Shown here: one piece after another, positions 61,342 to 64,000 of the stretch
How the letters are laid out: each line of letters begins with the position of its first letter
Numbering within the stretch: the stretch's first letter is position 1
Origin: an uncultured Verrucomicrobiota bacterium
GTDB taxonomy: Bacteria; Verrucomicrobiota; Verrucomicrobiia; Limisphaerales; CAIMTB01
Reading direction: 5' to 3'
DNA length: 64,000 nucleotides
Assembly: GCA_964389135.1 (NCBI GenBank)
Contig: CAYMDA010000003.1
Span: forward strand, 105,206 to 169,205
Notes under the pieces: model-generated
Database searches by the model: none
Seen by the model: only the letters and a program-made list of their open reading frames with translations
What the model was told of the DNA's origin: nothing
Program-made: the position numbers and the translations under genes

Positions 61342-62717
61342 GCGGCCTCCACGTCGACCTGGACCTGATCCAGAAGTACAACGTCCCCGGGCCGAGATAC
61401 ACCTCGTATCCGCCCGCCACCCGGTTCACGGAGGACTTCGGGGAGGCGGACGCGCGCGCGGAATGGACGGAGGGGCGCGGCACCCCGCGCGATCTCTCCC
61501 TCTACTTCCACATTCCGTTCTGCGAGTCGCTCTGCTGGTTCTGCGGCTGCACCACGGTCATCACCCTGAACCACAATCACGGCACCCGGTACATCGAGTA
61601 CCTCGGGCGCGAGATGACGCTCGCCGGGCCCCTGCTCAACGCCGCGGACCGCGTCGTCCAGCTTCACTGGGGCGGCGGCACGCCCACCTTCCTCGCCCCG
61701 CGCGAGATCCGGGCGCTCGGCACGATGATCCGCGACCGGTTCCGGATGGCCCCGGACATGGAGGCGTCCGTCGAGATCGATCCGCGGCGCCTGACCCCGG
61801 ATCATGTCGCCGCGCTGCGCGAGGCCGGCTTCAACCGCGCCTCCCTCGGGGTCCAGGACTTCAACCCGGTGGTGCAGGAGGCGATCCACCGCATCCAGCC
61901 GCGCGACCTCACCGCGGAGGTGATCGGCTGGCTGCGCGAGGCCGGCTTCAAGTCGATCAACATCGACCTGATCTACGGACTTCCCCATCAGACGGTGGAT
62001 TCCTTCCGGAGCACCCTCGACGAGGTGATCGCCCTGCGCCCGGACCGCCTCGCGATCTTCAGCTACGCGCACGTCCCGTGGCTGAAGCCTTCCCAGCGCA
62101 TCTTCGACAAGCGGCTCAATCTCCCCGCGCCGGAGGTGAAGCTCCAGATCCTGAAGCTCGTCATCGAGACGCTCACGGGCGACGCCGGCTACGTGTACAT
62201 CGGCATGGACCACTTCGCCCGCCCGGGCGACGAGCTCGCGCGCGCCCAGCAGTCGCGCACGCTGCAGCGCAACTTCCAGGGCTACAGCACGCGCGGAGGC
62301 GTGGACATCTGCTCCTTCGGCATGTCCGCGATCTCACAGACCGCCAATGCCTACTGGCAGAACCTCAAGAAGCTCGACGAATACCAGCTCGCAGTGGACG
62401 GCGGCACGCTCCCCGTGGCGCGCGGATGCCGACTCACCCCGGATGACCATGTCCGGCGCGCGACCATCATGGAGGTCATGTGCAACCTCGGCCTCGACTT
62501 CGAACAGATGTCCCGCCGACTCTCCATCCCGTTCCGGGAGTACTTCCGCGGTGAACTCGCCAGCTTCGAGGACATGGAGCAGGACGGACTCGTCCGGATC
62601 GATGAACACGGCCTGCAGGTGACCGAGCTCGGGCGCCTGCTCGTCCGCAACATCGCCATGCGCTTCGACGCCTATCTCCCGAAGACGCAGGAACGGCGGT
62701 TCTCGAGGACCATCTGA
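61338..62717 (+). CDS. hemN: oxygen-independent coproporphyrinogen III oxidase (radical SAM)
   Basis: YNVPGPRYTSYPPA, radical-SAM cluster motif FCESLCWFCGC (CxxxCxxC), GGGTPTFL, SLGVQDF. The ATG overlaps the hemE stop (ATGA). Confidence 0.9.
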   Translation: MSGLHVDLDLIQKYNVPGPRYTSYPPATRFTEDFGEADARAEWTEGRGTPRDLSLYFHIPFCESLCWFCGCTTVITLNHNHGTRYIEYLGREMTLAGPLLNAADRVVQLHWGGGTPTFLAPREIRALGTMIRDRFRMAPDMEASVEIDPRRLTPDHVAALREAGFNRASLGVQDFNPVVQEAIHRIQPRDLTAEVIGWLREAGFKSINIDLIYGLPHQTVDSFRSTLDEVIALRPDRLAIFSYAHVPWLKPSQRIFDKRLNLPAPEVKLQILKLVIETLTGDAGYVYIGMDHFARPGDELARAQQSRTLQRNFQGYSTRGGVDICSFGMSAISQTANAYWQNLKKLDEYQLAVDGGTLPVARGCRLTPDDHVRRATIMEVMCNLGLDFEQMSRRLSIPFREYFRGELASFEDMEQDGLVRIDEHGLQVTELGRLLVRNIAMRFDAYLPKTQERRFSRTI

Positions 62718-62723
62718 GAGGGC

Positions 62724-64000
62724 ATGACCCAGGTTGCCATCATCGGAGCGGGCATCACCGGCCTGACCGCCGCCCACGCCCTGCTGCGCGCGGGCGTCTC
62801 CGTCACGCTCTACGAGGCGGCGGATCGCGCAGGCGGCGTGATCGTCAGCCATCGCGACGGCCCGTGGCTCGCCGAGGGCGGCCCGAACACGCTCCTGGAA
62901 ACATCCCCGCGCATCACCGCGTTCCTCGAGGAACTCGGTCTGTCCGGACGCCGGCTCGAGTCCAGCCCGCGCGCCACCGCCCGCTTCGTCGTGCGCAACC
63001 GCCGGCCCGTCCCCCTTCCCACCTCGCCCGTTCAGTTCCTCGTCTCCCCCCTGTTCTCCCCGGGGGCGAAGCTCAGGCTGCTGCGCGAGCCATTCATCGG
63101 GCGCGGCGAAGGGGACGAGTCCGTCGCGGAGTTCGTGCGCCGGCGGCTCGGCGCCGAGTTCCTCGAATACGCCATCGATCCCCTCGTGACCGGCATCTAT
63201 GCCGGGGACCCGGCGCGGCTCTCGATCCGGCACGCCTTCGCGAAGATCCACGCATTGGAGGCCGAGTACGGCTCCCTCATCCGCGGACAGATCCTCGGAG
63301 CCCGCGCGCGCCGCAGGCGCGGGGAGATCTCCAAGGCCCATGCACCCAAGCTCTCGTTCGACGATGGCCTGCAGGTGCTGACCGACACCCTGGCCGCGCG
63401 CGCCAGGGACGCCCTGCGCCTGCGCACCCGCGTGGAGCGCGTGAGCCGCACGCCGGACGGCTGGCACGTCGCGAGCCGCTGCACAGAGGCCGATTCCGGC
63501 TCCATGGAACGCCACGCCTGCGTCCTCTTCTGCGGCACGGCGCATACGCTCGCCGCAATGCATATCGATGCCCACGGCGTTCCGGACGTCTCGGCGCTCG
63601 CCGAAATCGAATACCCGCCCGTCACCAGCGTCGTTCTCGGTTTCCGGCGCGCTGACGTGCGGCATCCGTGCGAGGGGTTCGGCATGCTCATCCCCGACTC
63701 CGAGGGTTTCCGGATCCTCGGCACGATCTTCTCGTCGGCGCTCTTCCCGAATCGCGCGCCCGCGGGGCATCTCACCCTCACCACCTACGTGGGCGGGGCG
63801 CGTCACCCGGAAATTGCCGCCATGGAGGACGACGCGCTGCGCGAGCTGGTGGTGCGCGAGCTGGACCGCCTCCTCGGGGTGTCCGGCGCGCCCGTCTACT
63901 CCCGGATCACGCGCTGGCGCCGGGCCATCCCGCAGTACACCCTGGGCTACGAACGCCACAAGAACCTGCTGGACCGCCTCGAGGCCGCCGCACCCGGATT
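62724..64000 (+). CDS. hemY: protoporphyrinogen oxidase, HemY-type FAD amine-oxidase family (3' end beyond window)
   Basis: Translation from ATG 62724 reads MTQVAIIGAGITGLTAAHALLRAGVSVTLYEAADRAGGVI (GxGxxG FAD fold), then ...GGPNTLL...FLRFLVSPLFS-like and IDPLVTGIYAGDP stretches typical of HemY. The frame is open to the window end and the ORF is not in the track because it is truncated. Confidence 0.85.
   Translation, partial: MTQVAIIGAGITGLTAAHALLRAGVSVTLYEAADRAGGVIVSHRDGPWLAEGGPNTLLETSPRITAFLEELGLSGRRLESSPRATARFVVRNRRPVPLPTSPVQFLVSPLFSPGAKLRLLREPFIGRGEGDESVAEFVRRRLGAEFLEYAIDPLVTGIYAGDPARLSIRHAFAKIHALEAEYGSLIRGQILGARARRRRGEISKAHAPKLSFDDGLQVLTDTLAARARDALRLRTRVERVSRTPDGWHVASRCTEADSGSMERHACVLFCGTAHTLAAMHIDAHGVPDVSALAEIEYPPVTSVVLGFRRADVRHPCEGFGMLIPDSEGFRILGTIFSSALFPNRAPAGHLTLTTYVGGARHPEIAAMEDDALRELVVRELDRLLGVSGAPVYSRITRWRRAIPQYTLGYERHKNLLDRLEAAAPG

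Noticed and set aside
1-64000. CRISPR arrays, toxin-antitoxin pairs, restriction-modification or other known defence systems, IS elements, prophage genes
   Set aside because: I noticed no regularly spaced direct repeats of 25-40 nt, and no nuclease, methyltransferase, ATPase, transposase or phage-structural motifs among the credible ORFs. The only DNA-level repeats are intragenic domain duplications and a few short intergenic repeats, reported separately.

Overview
GC-rich bacterial chromosomal segment (roughly two-thirds G+C by eye, with third codon positions mostly G/C). It is densely packed with about 50 protein-coding genes. I found no rRNA, tRNA, CRISPR array, transposase, prophage or recognisable defence-system genes. 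Several domain types suggest a PVC-superphylum organism, most likely Verrucomicrobiota/Opitutae-like: a PEP-CTERM protein, PSCyt1-type cytochrome c modules, a Pirellula/Verrucomicrobium-type CxxCH heme-binding domain, and large LamG and alpha-solenoid secreted proteins. This placement is inference only. Content is mostly housekeeping: ppdK (partial), sucB-lpdA, type II NADH dehydrogenase, an EF-G paralogue, era, uvrB, xerC/D, purC, eda, glcD/glcF, rsmD, two peptidases, a TonB-dependent receptor, and a large bidirectional heme biosynthesis cluster (cobA-hemD fusion, hemC, hemA, hemX-like, hemE, hemN, hemY) at the right end. Because of the GC content the six-frame track holds many very long spurious ORFs (up to 1087 aa) antisense or out of frame to real genes. 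I rejected these on composition (Arg/Pro/Gly/Ala-rich, no recognisable motifs) and because they overlap clearly homologous genes. The track also uses GTG/TTG starts written as M, so several real genes probably start at internal ATGs; I give adjusted coordinates for those. I see no clear-cut novel system. The most interesting candidates are: (1) an apparently active Deg/HtrA-like protease next to a paralogue that has lost all three catalytic residues and is fused to a PqaA-type alpha/beta hydrolase; (2) a tightly spaced UbiA-like / membrane-anchored GrpE-like / FNR-like reductase trio beside the heme cluster; (3) an about 830-aa membrane-anchored protein made of about 22 copies of a 32-residue repeat; (4) a thrice-duplicated LamG module protein; (5) an EF-G paralogue with deviant G2/G4 motifs. 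Several short intergenic repeats and hairpins are also listed. All functional calls rest on reading motifs by eye. No database search was run.
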